From Laetmonice hystrix (lineage: Eukaryota), in NCBI GenBank assembly GCA_965235115.1, contig OZ249436.1, forward strand, positions 18,478,001 through 18,542,000: a stretch of DNA of 64,000 nucleotides. Reading direction: 5' to 3'. A program made the position numbers and the translations under genes. The notes under the pieces are model-generated. The model had not been told where the DNA came from, made no database searches, and worked only from the letters and a program-made list of their open reading frames with translations. Shown here piece by piece: positions 1 to 12,544 of the stretch. How positions within the stretch are numbered: the stretch's first letter is position 1; every line of letters begins with the position of its first letter.

Positions 1-831
1 TAATTGTGCTTAAAGTGGGTGCGATGTTGAGCCAAATTTATGAAAATGTTCTCCTCTGACATCCATGTTTTGTGTTATGACGTAATCCACCTATTTGAAA
101 TAGGGAACTTATAAGGAGCTTAATACCGACATAACTGTGAGTCTCAATAGCTGAGTTGGTATAATATACCTGACTGATCGGCTGGAGAATCCTAATAAGT
201 GCAGGTATTTTTGTGTGATATTGCCGAGAGTAAACGTCAAAATGCAACTCATATTTTGAGGCTCAGTGTCCCTATTGAGCGCATTTTTTTTAATGTGACG
301 GTCAGTCATGTGACCTAAAAGTGCGGCTGTATGGCCTTTTACCAGAGGTTGATGGCTGCAGAGTGGCCATTTAAATGATATCAAAACATATGAAAAATAT
401 ATAATATATGAAAATGATCGGACCACACATTTTTGAGATATCGCTGTCCACGTACGTACGTACATACAGATGGACGGACGGATGGTAATTTAGAAGCCCC
501 CCCCCCCCCGGTTGGGGGCTAAAATCCAACACTTTTTAACGTCACTTTTGTTCACTAACCAACATCCTTAAGTGCATATTTGGCACTTTTCTAAAACTTT
601 TAAACCACAGCCGCACCCTGCGCATTTTAAATTTGTGCTCTCCAAAATAAACTTTATAACATTCTATAAAATTTTCATATTCTTAGGGCATGTTCGTGGA
701 GCCAAACAGCCCAACGACAGATCCATTTTCAGGAACTCCTTATTTAGCCTATAAAATACCATTGACATAAAACACCTTGTGACCCTTGTTCCCTCTGTTT
801 TATCCCCCGTTCAAAACACTTGCAGGCTTAC

Positions 832-916
832 CTGAGCAAGATCAGAGTTGTCTGCACAGATGTAATACACGGACACGTGATTCAAGGCACGAAGCACCAA
901 TTGGAAGCAGTTAGGC
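832..916 (-). CDS. RASA1: RASA1 exon, PH domain (PNCFQLVLRALNHVSVYYICADNSDLAQ)
   Basis: Acceptor ttttcag, donor gtaagc, 85 nt, phase 2 to 0. RPNCFQ motif. The gene continues beyond the window start. Confidence 0.95.
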
Positions 917-2115
917 CTGAAAACATGCAGTGGTATAATGGCCTGCAAACATCTCTCTTAGTTTATTTGAACATCTGGACTTCTCGTTATCATAGATCAT
1001 TAAAGTTAATCCCTTATGAAGAGGGCTACTTTATTGATAGTGTATCCTTATGACATGATAATACATGTCCCCTTAGCTTAAATCTCTCAATGTGCACACT
1101 TTTCAATAAAAATTTTCAATAAACATACAGAGCTGTCAAATATCTGTCAATTGACCCCGTTATTGACCTTTGATCTCGTGACATGACGAAAGGGAAAGAG
1201 GCGAGCCAGTAACAGAGCACAGCAACAATGGTATCGGTAAGTGATGTTGGACTGGATGTTGGATGATGTGTTTTGTGATTTGAACCTTTAAATGTTATGA
1301 GCGGCTGTTTTCGAGCTGTGACCGATTTCGATATGCACCGAGTAGGCAGCCTATTTGGCCTTACTCTTAGGCTTAGCTTAGCGCTGCTGTCAAATGTTCG
1401 GGTTTTTAGCCCCACCTTGGCAAAGAATGAACAGAAATTTCATCCTCGGGTGCACTAAAACAACTGGACGACATGCGTATTCACCATTTCGCCTTTTTCT
1501 CTCACACTTTCTTTGGTAATAATACCACCACGACCATCAAGCTGGGAAACTCTCATAGGCCCTATGCTTTGACACCCGGTGGGCCGTCCCTTTCGCGACG
1601 TCACGAGTGATTATAGGTAGAATGGCCTGAAGTTTCTAAGTCAGTTAAGTATGTCATTTTCGCACTTTTCGGTAGGCAATAAATTTTAACAATGGTAAGT
1701 TAATATCTTTAAAACGCACAGAGAGGTGTCTTATAACATGATATAGGCTTCCCCGTTACCACAAAGGTATATACACTTTAGTATATCAGAGTCACATAAT
1801 AATATTATGTGACTCTGATATATTATATTATAGTGCTTCGAAGAATTTTCAACAAGGACCTAGATCCATAATTTCCTTAAAAATCAGTATGGTTGTGTAG
1901 AGAGGCCCCCTGTGTAAAAGATAAATTGTCAGATACACATCAAAAATAAAAGCGATGCCAAATCAACTGTACAGCATGACCATATTAGTCATGGTTACAG
2001 CTAACGTTCAGTCACCACTTGAGCAGAAACCATGTATTACAGTACCCCTTGAAGCTATGAGACTGTTTGACTAATTGTCATTTATTTGACTTTGGCTAGG
2101 ATCCCTCTCACTTAC

Positions 2116-2189
2116 CTCCCAAAGAAACTGTCATGGACTGGATAAAGGGAACTGTAGTTTAAATCTATCAACCCTTTCGGCTTTGACCT
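2116..2189 (-). CDS. RASA1: RASA1 exon, PH domain (RSKPKGLIDLNYSSLYPVHDSFFGR)
   Basis: Acceptor ttgcag, donor gtaagt, 74 nt, phase 0 to 2. KPKGLIDL...VHDS.FGR motif. Confidence 0.96.
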
Positions 2190-2476
2190 CTGCAATCAAA
2201 AGGAAAATATATCTAAATCATAATTTCTTTTTTTCTAATCCTGTTATAGTTAATAGAATCAGAAGAGATTCCGAAAACACACATACAACTCTCTATGTTC
2301 CTCTCATATCAGGAAACCTGAAGTAAAAGGTCAGAGAAATGACCTAAATAGCCATGCAGATCTAAATTTAGGTGTAACTGGGTCGTCGAGACACCAGAAT
2401 GTATTGTTTATGCTTGTAGGCATGGCAATTGGTTGCTTGCTTGCATTACATACACACAATGAGAAAAAAACCAAAC

Positions 2477-2559
2477 CTTCTCATTTTCAAAGTAATACAG
2501 TTGTTGTTCGGTCCCATTTAATACAAAATACATGTACTTCCACTTCTTGGTTCTCTGAC
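2477..2559 (-). CDS. RASA1: RASA1 exon, PH domain (SQRTKKWKYMYFVLNGTEQQLYYFENEK)
   Basis: Acceptor tttttcag, donor gtttgg, 83 nt, phase 1 to 0. Resembles human KRWKNLYFILEGSDAQLIYFESEK. Confidence 0.95.
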
Positions 2560-3688
2560 CTGAAAAAAAGGAAAACAGAAACAACTTTTACTACCAATTA
2601 TTAAGCTGTATTGTATGGTTTCGTCTACACTATTCTTATTATCCCATTTCCCTGTCCCTGCAAGGGAAATGGGATTTTGTTGTAGCGTTTCATCTACTCT
2701 ATTATTATCCTGGGGGAACGGGATATTGTTTTTGTATGGGTTTGTCAACACTACTATTATTATTATCCCGTTTCCACTCTGTGGAAATGTAATCTTGATG
2801 TTGTATGGTTTCGTGTACACTATTATTATCCTTCAGGGGATGGGATCTTGAAATTGTCTGGTTTCGTCTTCCCTATTATTATTCTTTGCGTCGTAGTTGT
2901 ACTAGTAGTAGTAGTAGTAGTAGCAGCAGTAGTTAGACATTTCGTTCTATCTCAGTCATTTTTCAAGATTTCTCAATCAAACTTGGCTCAGATCTTGACC
3001 ATGACAAAGTCAGGTCACAAAATCAATGATGACGTCACATCACGTCACGTCTTGCACATTGGGGCCATTTTTTAAAGGTCATATTCGAAATTTTCAAAAC
3101 CCCTTATGGCGTTTTAATCAGGCAAGGGTCCTGTCTCAAGTCGATTTGACCTTTGACCTTAGGAGAACTGGCCACTGGGTCAGAATCGGGTTGAATCGCT
3201 AATCCTTCCCCATTTCTTGGTAAAATTTAACAATATCTGGTAGTACCAGTCTACGTCGAAAGGTTCAAAACATGTACAAAGAGGAATTAGTGATTTGACC
3301 TATATTTACTGGACCTCGTGACGTTAGAGTTTTCAACAGCCGTCAGTTTGGATATTCATGGGTATAACTTGTAAACGGTGCCAGATAGGGCCATAGTTAC
3401 TATTGAACATGAATAGGAAGTCATACATGGTCTTTCATTTGACACCATTATTTTGTAGGTCACAGACGATTCACCTGGGTAAGGACACCTGGCATCCAGA
3501 TGCATAACGTCATAGGACGTAATTTGGACGTTTTATGACGTAATATTGACGTTTTTCAGCTTGATGTAATTACAATTTTTATTTTGGGGCCCTCTGAAGA
3601 CCATAGACCCCCAAAGTGGCGCAATTTCGTGAGAAGTGACCATAAACTACCGCCCCGGTAATAGCGAGTTTAGAAAAATTCAACTTAC

Positions 3689-3830
3689 TCTTTTTGTTAA
3701 GATAGCCCTTGATGACAATGTGATCCTTGCGGTTCAAGAAGAAATTTGAGCCACTGCTCTGTCGCATTGTAGCATAGATGTCACGATTTTTGTTGCCAAA
3801 TGAGTCCTCATTTAATAGATTGTTTCTCGG
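3689..3830 (-). CDS. RASA1: RASA1 exon, SH2-PH linker and PH start (PRNNLLNEDSFGNKNRDIYATMRQSSGSNFFLNRKDHIVIKGYLNKK)
   Basis: Pyrimidine-rich ...ctaaaag acceptor, donor gtaagt, 142 nt, phase 0 to 1. IY.T and KGYL.KK motifs present. The 5' boundary is less certain. Confidence 0.9.
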
Positions 3831-4041
3831 CTTTTAGGCAGAGAAAGTAAAAGATGATAGTCAAATTATTTGCAAGATTTCAACATAATACATGTCAATA
3901 TAACATTGTTACTTTGAAACAGTTCTGTGAAACATTTGTCTTTGATATAATCTCCTAGCAGTCACTGGAAATTTTAGGTCCTATAGAAAACACTTAAATA
4001 AAGAATTTCTGCAAAAGTACTGAAATTCTATAACTGCTTAC

Positions 4042-4117
4042 CCGCATTACTGGGCTACCCAAGGTGTAGCCTTCGACGATCTGTTCCTTCTTGTACCTCT
4101 CAATGATACAGGCAATA
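4042..4117 (-). CDS. RASA1: RASA1 exon, end of C-SH2 (IACIIERYKKEQIVEGYTLGSPVMR)
   Basis: Acceptor ccttccag, donor gtaagc, 76 nt, phase 2 to 0. KEQIVEGY is conserved. Confidence 0.96.
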
Positions 4118-4323
4118 CTGGAAGGAGAGATCGGCATGCGACACAGGACAACTACATGTTTCTATGATAACGCATCCTGTGAGGGCTACATCATTCTTCC
4201 CACACAGAACACATTCATCTAATGAATTTATACAAGAGAAGAATCAGAAACAGTTTTGAACAGCTGAACAGTATTTTGCAACTTAATTTTTTTTCTCCAA
4301 AGGATTTTCATGATACCACTCAC

Positions 4324-4465
4324 CTATCAAAGTATCTGCCTCCCATGAAATACTGGCGGCCGTGTTTCTGTATCTTGAAGCGCTGGATTTGTGTGTTGCA
4401 GTAGAAGTATAATGAGTAATCGCCTTGTGTTGTGTCACTTGGCCGTACCAACCAACTGCCCTCAC
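4324..4465 (-). CDS. RASA1: RASA1 exon, C-SH2 core (GEGSWLVRPSDTTQGDYSLYFYCNTQIQRFKIQKHGRQYFMGGRYFDS)
   Basis: Pyrimidine tract then taag acceptor, donor gtgagt, 142 nt, phase 1 to 2. Matches SFLVRPSD..GDYSLYF...IQRFKI...MGGRY. Confidence 0.97.
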
Positions 4466-5365
4466 CTTAAATAGGAAGAACACCATGTACTCTATGTGGT
4501 CATTTCCCGAAAAAAACCCCACTTTTTTCATTTTGGCAATTTTTGGGCCTCCAAACAATGTAGCTAAACACACAATTCCTTCCACAGATATTGGTCAAGG
4601 TATTCATTTTTCACATAGCGATGAAAATGAATCATGACCACCATTTACCTAGAGTAGAAGCCTGAGAAAAAATCAATGTTGCATTCACAGACAACAGCCA
4701 CTCTACCCCCTCCCCCACCAGCCAAGCAAAATGATGCACTCATGTCATCAAAAAATACATTAGTTACAGATCTATTTTTACATTGAGCAATATCAGTCTT
4801 CCCTAGTCTAATCCAGATTAAATTACACAGATAAGTTTATTTAATCTTTAATTATACTTCGGTACAGAAACGCTAGGTGGCGTGGCGCTGAGATTTTAAA
4901 GCTCTGTCGCTGGAATGACTCACCACAATGCAAGTTTTAGAGCCACTTTGTTTTCACTTGTGCTAGAGTCTAATGGCTTACGTCACTGGGTAACAGATCT
5001 TTTTTCTGGGATGAGAACAGTGAAGACGAAAAAAAAGAGAGGGAGGTTCGCAAACAAACCGAGCCCCAGGTATAGGTGGATCCGGGGCATGCCCCCCCCC
5101 CCAGAAAATTTTGACATTGTAGGTGCTCTCTAGTGCATTCTGAGGCGTTTTTGGGGGGCATGTTTCAACTTATTTTTTTCCTGATCTGATGTGACATAAT
5201 TTCTAACTGTGGTTTATGGGATCAAATTTGATTTTTAATCTTCATGCAGCAAAGCTGTCCCTCAACAACAACATCCCGGCCAGAATTGTCTTGTCTATCT
5301 GGTAGGCATACCCCCAACCCCCCCCCCAATTTTTTTTCTGAACGGATTTGCATCGATCTCAAGAA

Positions 5366-5948
5366 TAGACAGGTTCTGCTATCCCGGTTCCGTCTCCGGC
5401 TCCGGCTTAGCACAGCGTCGCGTCATCAGAAAATACCGTGACGTCATCGATACGCGCGTTTTTGAAGCTGAGCCGTTCCCGGGTCCCGAGATAGATCGGC
5501 TCTGTCCCGTAAGTGTCTAACGGCATAGGGTTTTCCTCGATTTCTTCTTTCCATGAGTTGACACAATGGATTTGAAGTGTCAAGTAGTTGGATTAATATT
5601 TGAAGACTTTAGTGAATCGGCTGTCAGCACAATTATCTCGTGGTATTTTCAACTATTTTGGTCATAAAGTGATGTGCTTTTTGCATTCACTGCAGCTAGG
5701 CCGTGTCATCGCATGGCGCTCGCAGGGCGACACAATCTGTCAGAGCAGCCAACTCGACCAAAGTCAAATCACCCGCCATATTGACTCTTGTGTTTGTTGT
5801 TATGTTGTTGTTATGGTAACCTGGCCACTTCCTATTACGCTGCGGCGCCGGCGTAGCAGAACCAAAATACGACGTTCCATCTCCGGCTCCGAGATCGGCA
5901 TAGCCGATCCCGGAGCCGGGGACGGAACGGGATAGCAGAACCTGTCTA
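5366..5948. mobile_element. MITE with ~20-bp TIRs
   Basis: TAGACAGGTTCTGCTATCCC / GGGATAGCAGAACCTGTCTA. Confidence 0.85.
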
Positions 5949-5999
5949 GTGACGCGGATCCCCCCCCCCCGGCCCCTCACACTATGGACCAGCAGCCCT

Positions 6000-6330
6000 G
6001 GCCAGTCTCCTTTGTCCACCTAGCAATTGAGGTGGATGTTGTAGAAATAAATAAGGCCAACTCATCCTTCGGAGGCTTAACCACACACAACCTGGGGTCC
6101 TCAGGAAACTCATGCAAGGTGAGAACTCCTAACGAGGACCTTCTTAAATGTTTCAATACTTTAGAAGTTGAGACAATCAAAAAGTGCTGGCATCCGACCA
6201 TATTAATGTCTGAAATGGATAAAGTTACCAGAGTTAACTTTGAGCTCTCTGCCAGGGGCACAGCATATCAACAAAACAAGTTAGTTTACAGGTGATCTCT
6301 CTAAGTGGGGACAGTTCCCTACTATAATAA
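6000..6330 (-). pseudogene. DIRS-type tyrosine recombinase fragment
   Basis: Frameshifted fragments ITCKLT...QRAQ...LSISDINM...F....VLKHLR...LHEFPEDPRLCVV...LFIS...TSIARW.K, typical of DIRS1-like recombinases. Confidence 0.7.
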
Positions 6331-7379
6331 TAACACCATGTAAATACTTCAGGCAGCTAGAAACAAAACCAAAGCACCGAAGCTGACTTGGTCACCATCT
6401 CTCTCCTATACATGTCTGTACTGGCCGAAAGGCAGAACACTGGTGCCGGTCAGTAACGTAGAATGCCTTCACATCAGTATAGACGGGTTGGAGAAGCCTT
6501 GAAGTGGGAAAAAATTCCTATCAAAGATTTCTTGGTGTCATTTGAAGCAGAAACCTGTTCACTATCACATATTCAAAATCCCCATTAATCCCTTTTGGGG
6601 GAAAACTTTGACAGGAATTTGAAATTTTTGATATTTGTTGCGACTTTTTCACCATTTTGAGTCTAAAGATTACGGGGTAGGAGTAAGGATACCCTATGTT
6701 ATAGGCCCTATACTTCTTTTTCAGGCAAATAACACTACAGCACTTTAAATCGCATTTTTTTCCAGCAGAAAATATGTACTGTTAGGCCGCCATCTTGGAT
6801 TCCAATATGGCGGCCCAACAGAATATATTTCTTTAATATCTCCAAAATGTATGACTCAATAGACTGGGATATTTCTATACAAAAGTGTCTCTGAAGCCCT
6901 CAAGGGGCATTTTTGAGTATAATATGGTAAAGGCCAATTCTAAGGTAATCTCAATAATTCAAAATGGTTAGCATTCCACTCATATAGTGTCATATAATGG
7001 CCATAGGGAGAGCGTAATCACTCCTACCGCCCAAAAAGTACCTCCAAGGACAACCTCCCATTAACCTGTGTACATGTGTAGTAGCATACTGTGTCACATC
7101 CTGCGTGTGCTTAGTCACGTGCTTCGCTTAGTTGTAAACAATTCAGAAGTTGCACTCGATCGTCTGGCATCAGAATGCCACCTAAAAAATATTTTACGAA
7201 ATCGGCAGAAAAGCGGGCAAGGGAGTTTAATAAACTTCGATTTCTCACACAAAATGAAACTGATAAGTCTGTCTTTGTTTACCAAGCAATATTAATAAAG
7301 GATCTCTTTATGAAAACAGCAAAAGTTCTTTTCTTTCAAATACCGATTTTTCACGTTTCCTCATAATATGCCCCTTTAA

Positions 7380-8870
7380 TCTATAGACTTTGTAATTGTT
7401 CTATTTGTATGTGGCTATCTTAAACACGTTTCAAGGTAGAGCCGGTCAAAGTCAGATTACAGATATTTCATCAGAAATTAAAAATTATTGGTAAATTTAT
7501 GAAAAGAATTATGCAAAGTGATCAATCGTCAATAGCAGCACATATCTAATGACCAAATACACGATTCCTAAATGACTGAACCAGTTTTAGAAAAAAAAAG
7601 TCAAATGTGACAAATTCAAAGTCACGTGGTACAGCGAAAATAGGTTAAATGGCTTATTCCCTGCAGTTTCAAACAAAGCTCACTACAGAAGGCCTGTCCA
7701 CCAAATATTGTCATATTTTCTATAAAAAAATTGACGACTTGATTTGACGACTTTAGCACACGAGACCTACTTTTCCATGATTTCAAAGGTCAAATGTCAA
7801 AATAATGGAGAGTAGTAAAAAGAGTATATGCCCGATTATTCAGCTGTGAAAAGTCTTGGGTGACATCAGAAAGATCTCACTATTTTGTTCTCGCATAGTG
7901 ATATCATTATGGGATTGCTGTGAGATCAATGTGTGATCTCACCAGCTGACATTTATGTGATATCAGGGTGATGTCGGAATTATATCTCTGGCCTCATGAG
8001 ATCATACTGACATCATAATGATCTCAGGTCTGTGAGGTCACAGCTCTGATGTCAATACGAGCTTACCATGAGATCGCACTTGCGACCTCACAAGTGTGAG
8101 GAAAAAGTGACCTCACTGTGATCTCAGCGTTAGCTCACTTCCCGACTGGGAAGGGTTTAGCTCTAGGCCTATGGCAAATTGTCACTTTGTGTATTCTGAA
8201 TACACAATCACATTCCTCCAACCCCACCCTGACTGGGAGGAAGGGGTGAGTAGTCACAACCGACTGGCTGGGCAGCCGGCCCTTATCACCAGCACTTACA
8301 TAACCCTCTGGCGACCCTGGCCCTGGCCTCACAGTTGGCGTTCTGTATATTCAGAAATGCCAACCGTCAGTGTAAAAATATTATTGTTATCCATTAAAAC
8401 TTACAATTCTGGCCAGATTACCTTTCCAAAAAAAGAACTAAACAATCAGTGGTATACCTGAATCTATAGACTTTGTAATTGTTCTATTTGTATGTGGCTA
8501 TCTTAAACATGTTTTAAGGTAGAGCCTGTCAAAGTCAGTTTACATATATTTTATCATAAATTAAAAATTGTTGGTAAATTTATGAAAAGAATTATGCACA
8601 GTGATTAATCGTCAATAGCAGCACATATCTGACCAAATACACCATTCCTAAATGACTGAAGCAGTTTTTGAAAAGAATGTCAAAAGTGACAAACTTCAAA
8701 GTCACATGGTTCAGCGAAAATAGGTCAAATTGCTTATTCCCGACGAGTTCAAACAAAGTTCACTATAGAAGGCCTGGCCACCAAAAATTATCATATTTTC
8801 TCAAAAAATGGCAGAGGAGTCTAGGATTTGACCACTTTAGCACACGAGACCTACTTTTCCAGTTTTGGGA
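7380..8870. repeat. Two direct copies (7380-7790 and 8461-8860) of a large dispersed repeat also found at 10030-10640 and, inverted, at 24780-25580, 27680-28190, 33570-33750 and 51000-51210
   Basis: Direct sequence similarity, e.g. atctatagactttgtaattgttctatttgtatgtggctatcttaaac. Confidence 0.85.
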
Positions 8871-8879
8871 AACTATAGA

Positions 8880-9190
8880 ATATGGCTTCAAGAAATGCCT
8901 ATAAGTGTAAAATACAATTTACATCATGTCGTCATGATGTGACGTCATATGACGTAATGCATCGATTCTCCCTACCATGGCGAATGTCCCTGCCAAGTTT
9001 CATTTGGATAATTTATAAATGACTGAGCTGTATGCACAAATGCAACTACTACAACTACTACTACTACTACGGGAATAATAATACGGAAGACGAAATCATA
9101 CAACTTTAAGATCCCATCCCCCTCCATGGGGGATGGGATAACTAGATAGGATGTGGCGATGGCCACATTATGAATCCCATCCCCCTAGGG
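8880..9190 (-). mobile_element. HINE/DINE-like non-autonomous Helentron ends (head-to-tail junction)
   Basis: Minus strand reads GGGGATGGGAT, hairpin atgtggc/gccacat, CTAGT, then TATCCCATCCCC stem-loop and (GTA)n microsatellite. Confidence 0.75.
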
Positions 9191-9272
9191 CGTTCCCGTT
9201 CTACTCGTTTTCAACATGAAACATGGCTCCATCTTGCACCTATCACACGTTATAATCCTGCAATTAACTTAC

Positions 9273-9360
9273 CACCTCTGGCCAGTTTCTGTGTGGCTTC
9301 CTGTTTGGTGATGTCCCCATGGTACCACTCATTGCCCTCCACAGGGTCGATGTTACCATT
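9273..9360 (-). CDS. RASA1: RASA1 exon, start of C-SH2 (NGNIDPVEGNEWYHGDITKQEATQKLARG)
   Basis: Acceptor tttccag, donor gtaagt, 88 nt, phase 0 to 1. WYHG.I.KQEA is the SH2 start. An alternative in-frame GT lies 3 nt earlier. Confidence 0.95.
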
Positions 9361-10769
9361 CTGGAAACACACCATGCAAAACGGGTTACGTTCTGCTCTT
9401 TACATTTCCATCATCACTAAAGAAAGAGAGAATCATGATAGTGTCTTGAACTGTAAAATGCAAATACATTGTATATGTATAATGTTGGAGACGGTAGGCC
9501 ATACCAAAATCTATGATAAACTAGAAACTCTGATTGCCAAGCAATACATTTCATTTCAATACATTTCCCCAATGGTTTTCTATCATTACCTACATTGTTC
9601 TCTACTTTAATTTGACTGTCAGCCAACTGTGGAACCATCCACACCAACCTGCTGGCTCACTCAACCAAGGGCAGAGCTGGCCAAGAGTTCTCTTGTAACT
9701 TCAAGAATACCGCTTAATATAATCTTTTATTCCGCTCTCCTCCAATATAAGATTCAAGAATATAATATAGTCTTCTAATATAAGATTCAAGAATATAATA
9801 TTTTAGACAGTTACACCTACAGTTATATATACAAAGGCCCAGCTATTCAATTAAGTCTGTTCCCAACAAGGGTCCACCAACCGACCCTGACTGGGAGGAA
9901 TGGGGGAGTCACCGCCGACCCCGACCTTATCAGTAGCAGTTACATAACGCTGCCGACCCTGGGCATAGCCGGTGGTCTGTGTACACAGAGAGCCCACCGT
10001 CCGAGTGACCAACATTTTATTGTGAAGACTATACCAATTAAAACTTAAAATTCTGACCATATTACTTTTCCAAAAAAAAAAAGAACTAAACAATCAGTGG
10101 TATACCTGACTCTATGCACTTTATAACAGATATACTTGTATATGGCTATGTGTAACACGTTTCAAGATACAGCCCTTCGAAGTTGGGTTACATAAATCAT
10201 CATAATTAAAAAATTATTGGAAAATTTATTCAAAAATTGTACAAAGTGATAAATCTTCTATAGCCGCACATATCTAGTGACCAAATACACAATTCCTATC
10301 TGACTGAAGCAATTTTAGAAAAAAATGTTGAAAGTGACAAATTTAAAAGTCACGTGATGTTCCTAATATAAGTCAAATTCCTGATTTCTAAACATCCCCA
10401 GAAAGAGCCACCTTATGCGACTCTTTATATACACTTTGGCTACATATTGCAAAATATTGAAGGAGGAGATCTCACAAAGGTCAAAGGTCAGAGGTCAAAT
10501 TCAGGTGCATGATGATTAATGCCTAAGTGCCTAATTAGGAACTATCATGGAGACTGCTCCTACTTTTCAAAAAATTCAAGAAATGAGCCCTCCTTTGAAA
10601 AACTTTAACACATCATCATATGAGGTAATCAGTCAATAGCTGATCATTTTAGTGGATGATCAATGTTCCCTGCAAGTTTCATGACGATACCTTCATAGAT
10701 AACCGAGATACAGCCATAGTCTTACTACGCGATTAATCAGAAGAACAAGAAAAAGGAGAATCTAGTGTA

Positions 10770-11020
10770 GACGAAACCCAGTAATTATCCCGTTCCCCAG
10801 TCGGAGGAAATTGTACGGTTTGGGTGTACACTATTATTATTAGCCCATCCCATGGATCCATCCCATATCCATGGGATGGGCTCTTGAAATTGTGTGGTTT
10901 CGTCTTCCCTATTATTATTATCCCATCCCCTATCCACGGGATGGGATCTAGAAATTGTGTGGTTTCGGTTTCTGTATTATTATCCCATCCCCACGGAGGG
11001 GATGGGATCTTGAAATTGTC
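10770..11020 (+). repeat. ~50-bp degenerate tandem repeats (tattatcccatcccc...gggatgggatcttgaaattg) at HINE 5' ends; also at ~2610-2890, 23220-23450 and 27240-27370
   Basis: The unit and its internal stem-loop recur at all four loci, usually next to (GTA)n/(TAC)n. Confidence 0.75.
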
Positions 11021-12426
11021 ATTGTTAACAGTTGTAAACACTATGTCAAAACTTTTTCAAGATATCTCAACCAAACGTGGTATGCATCTTGACCATGATG
11101 AAGTCTGGTCAGACAATGAGTCATGACGTGACATGACGTCAGCATCATGACGTCAAATTTTTGGGATATTGGGGACCATTTTTAAAGTTCATATTGGGAA
11201 TTCACAATATCTTTCATGGCGTTTTGATCAGGCAAGGGTCTTGCCTAAGACTGACCCTTCGTTTGACCTTTGACCTTAGGGAGAACTGGGTCCTAGGTCG
11301 TAAATTGATTAAATCCCTACTTCTTTCTCAATTTTAATTAAAATTTTATGAAATTGCACAGGGATAGTCTCTAGGGAGAGCTTCAAAGGAATCCGCTTTG
11401 CTGCAACTGATTTGACCTATTTTCACGTCACGTGACCTGAAAGTTTTGAACAGTGGTCAACATAGATATTTATGGCTAAAACTTGATGCTTGTCATAAAG
11501 GACTATGTTTACTATTGTACACAAATAGGAAGTGATATGCTCTTTCATTTGGCACCATCATTTTAAAGAATTTGGCCCATTTTCGCTGAACCACGTGACC
11601 TGCAAGTTTTTCTTATGTAAGAAGATTCCACATCAAGTTCTGCATAACAGGTTGCCTGGTTTGGCCTGGACTTTTTTCGGGACACCCTATACATACTTCT
11701 TTCCATAGGGTTTTGACTAGGTAGAGATTAATTATCTGGGGGTCTAGGAACTATTTGTACTTTGTATTTTTTAAATACAAATTTTGAATGATATCAAAAA
11801 TATCTTTGACCTGTGTCCCTGATCATCATGTTTCATCTAAGATTATGTCGTTATCTTCAACTATTTTAGAGATACAGGCCATTGAAATATGCATGGCCTT
11901 GACTGACCTTTCAAGGTCACTAAAGGTCGTGGAACCTGCCTTAAACCAAATGTTGCAAACTAAATACAGATATCGATCACTGTGTGTGCTCTGCTGGTAT
12001 GGCTGATTCCTATTTCCTGATGCCCGGGGCTAGTTGATCAAATAGATGATCAAGTCTACGAAGTCTACGAATGTAGCCAAGTGTAAGTATATTTTTATAG
12101 ATCACTCGCCCTATGACCTGTGCTCAAATTGAAAATCCCCCCCCCCACCCAACTTTGTACGTTCATACTTCTTCCTCCATGTATTATCAAGAAATTAGTG
12201 GGCCAATCAATAGCACTCTGTGACAATACTAATTATAAAAACACGGCGTCACAGTTTTTGTACACGATTAAAATACTCGGACAAACACATAGTTTCTAGC
12301 AACAAAACATGCCCAAAACCCAATCTTGATGCCATGTGTTTGCCTGAACATCGGAATTTTTTGACTTACAACATGTGCTTACGTCATTATCACAGAGCGC
12401 TATTGGTTGAATCATATTATACTTAC

Positions 12427-12544
12427 AAGCTCCTGCACCAGCTCCTGGTTGACGATGCCACTGAGTCCGGTTGATTGCGACGTCACCCACAGCCAGCCAT
12501 CTCCCATGTCATTGTGCACCACAAAGATTTCCCCCTTATCAAAA
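12427..12544 (-). CDS. RASA1: RASA1 exon, SH3 core (FDKGEIFVVHNDMGDGWLWVTSQSTGLSGIVNQELVQEL)
   Basis: Acceptor ttgcag, donor gtaagt, 118 nt, phase 2 to 0. Carries the DGWxWVT motif of the RasGAP SH3. Confidence 0.97.

Noticed and set aside
300..380. Next downstream RASA1 exon
   Set aside because: The candidate W*KAIQPH frame contains a stop and sits in repeat-like sequence. The exon probably lies outside the window.
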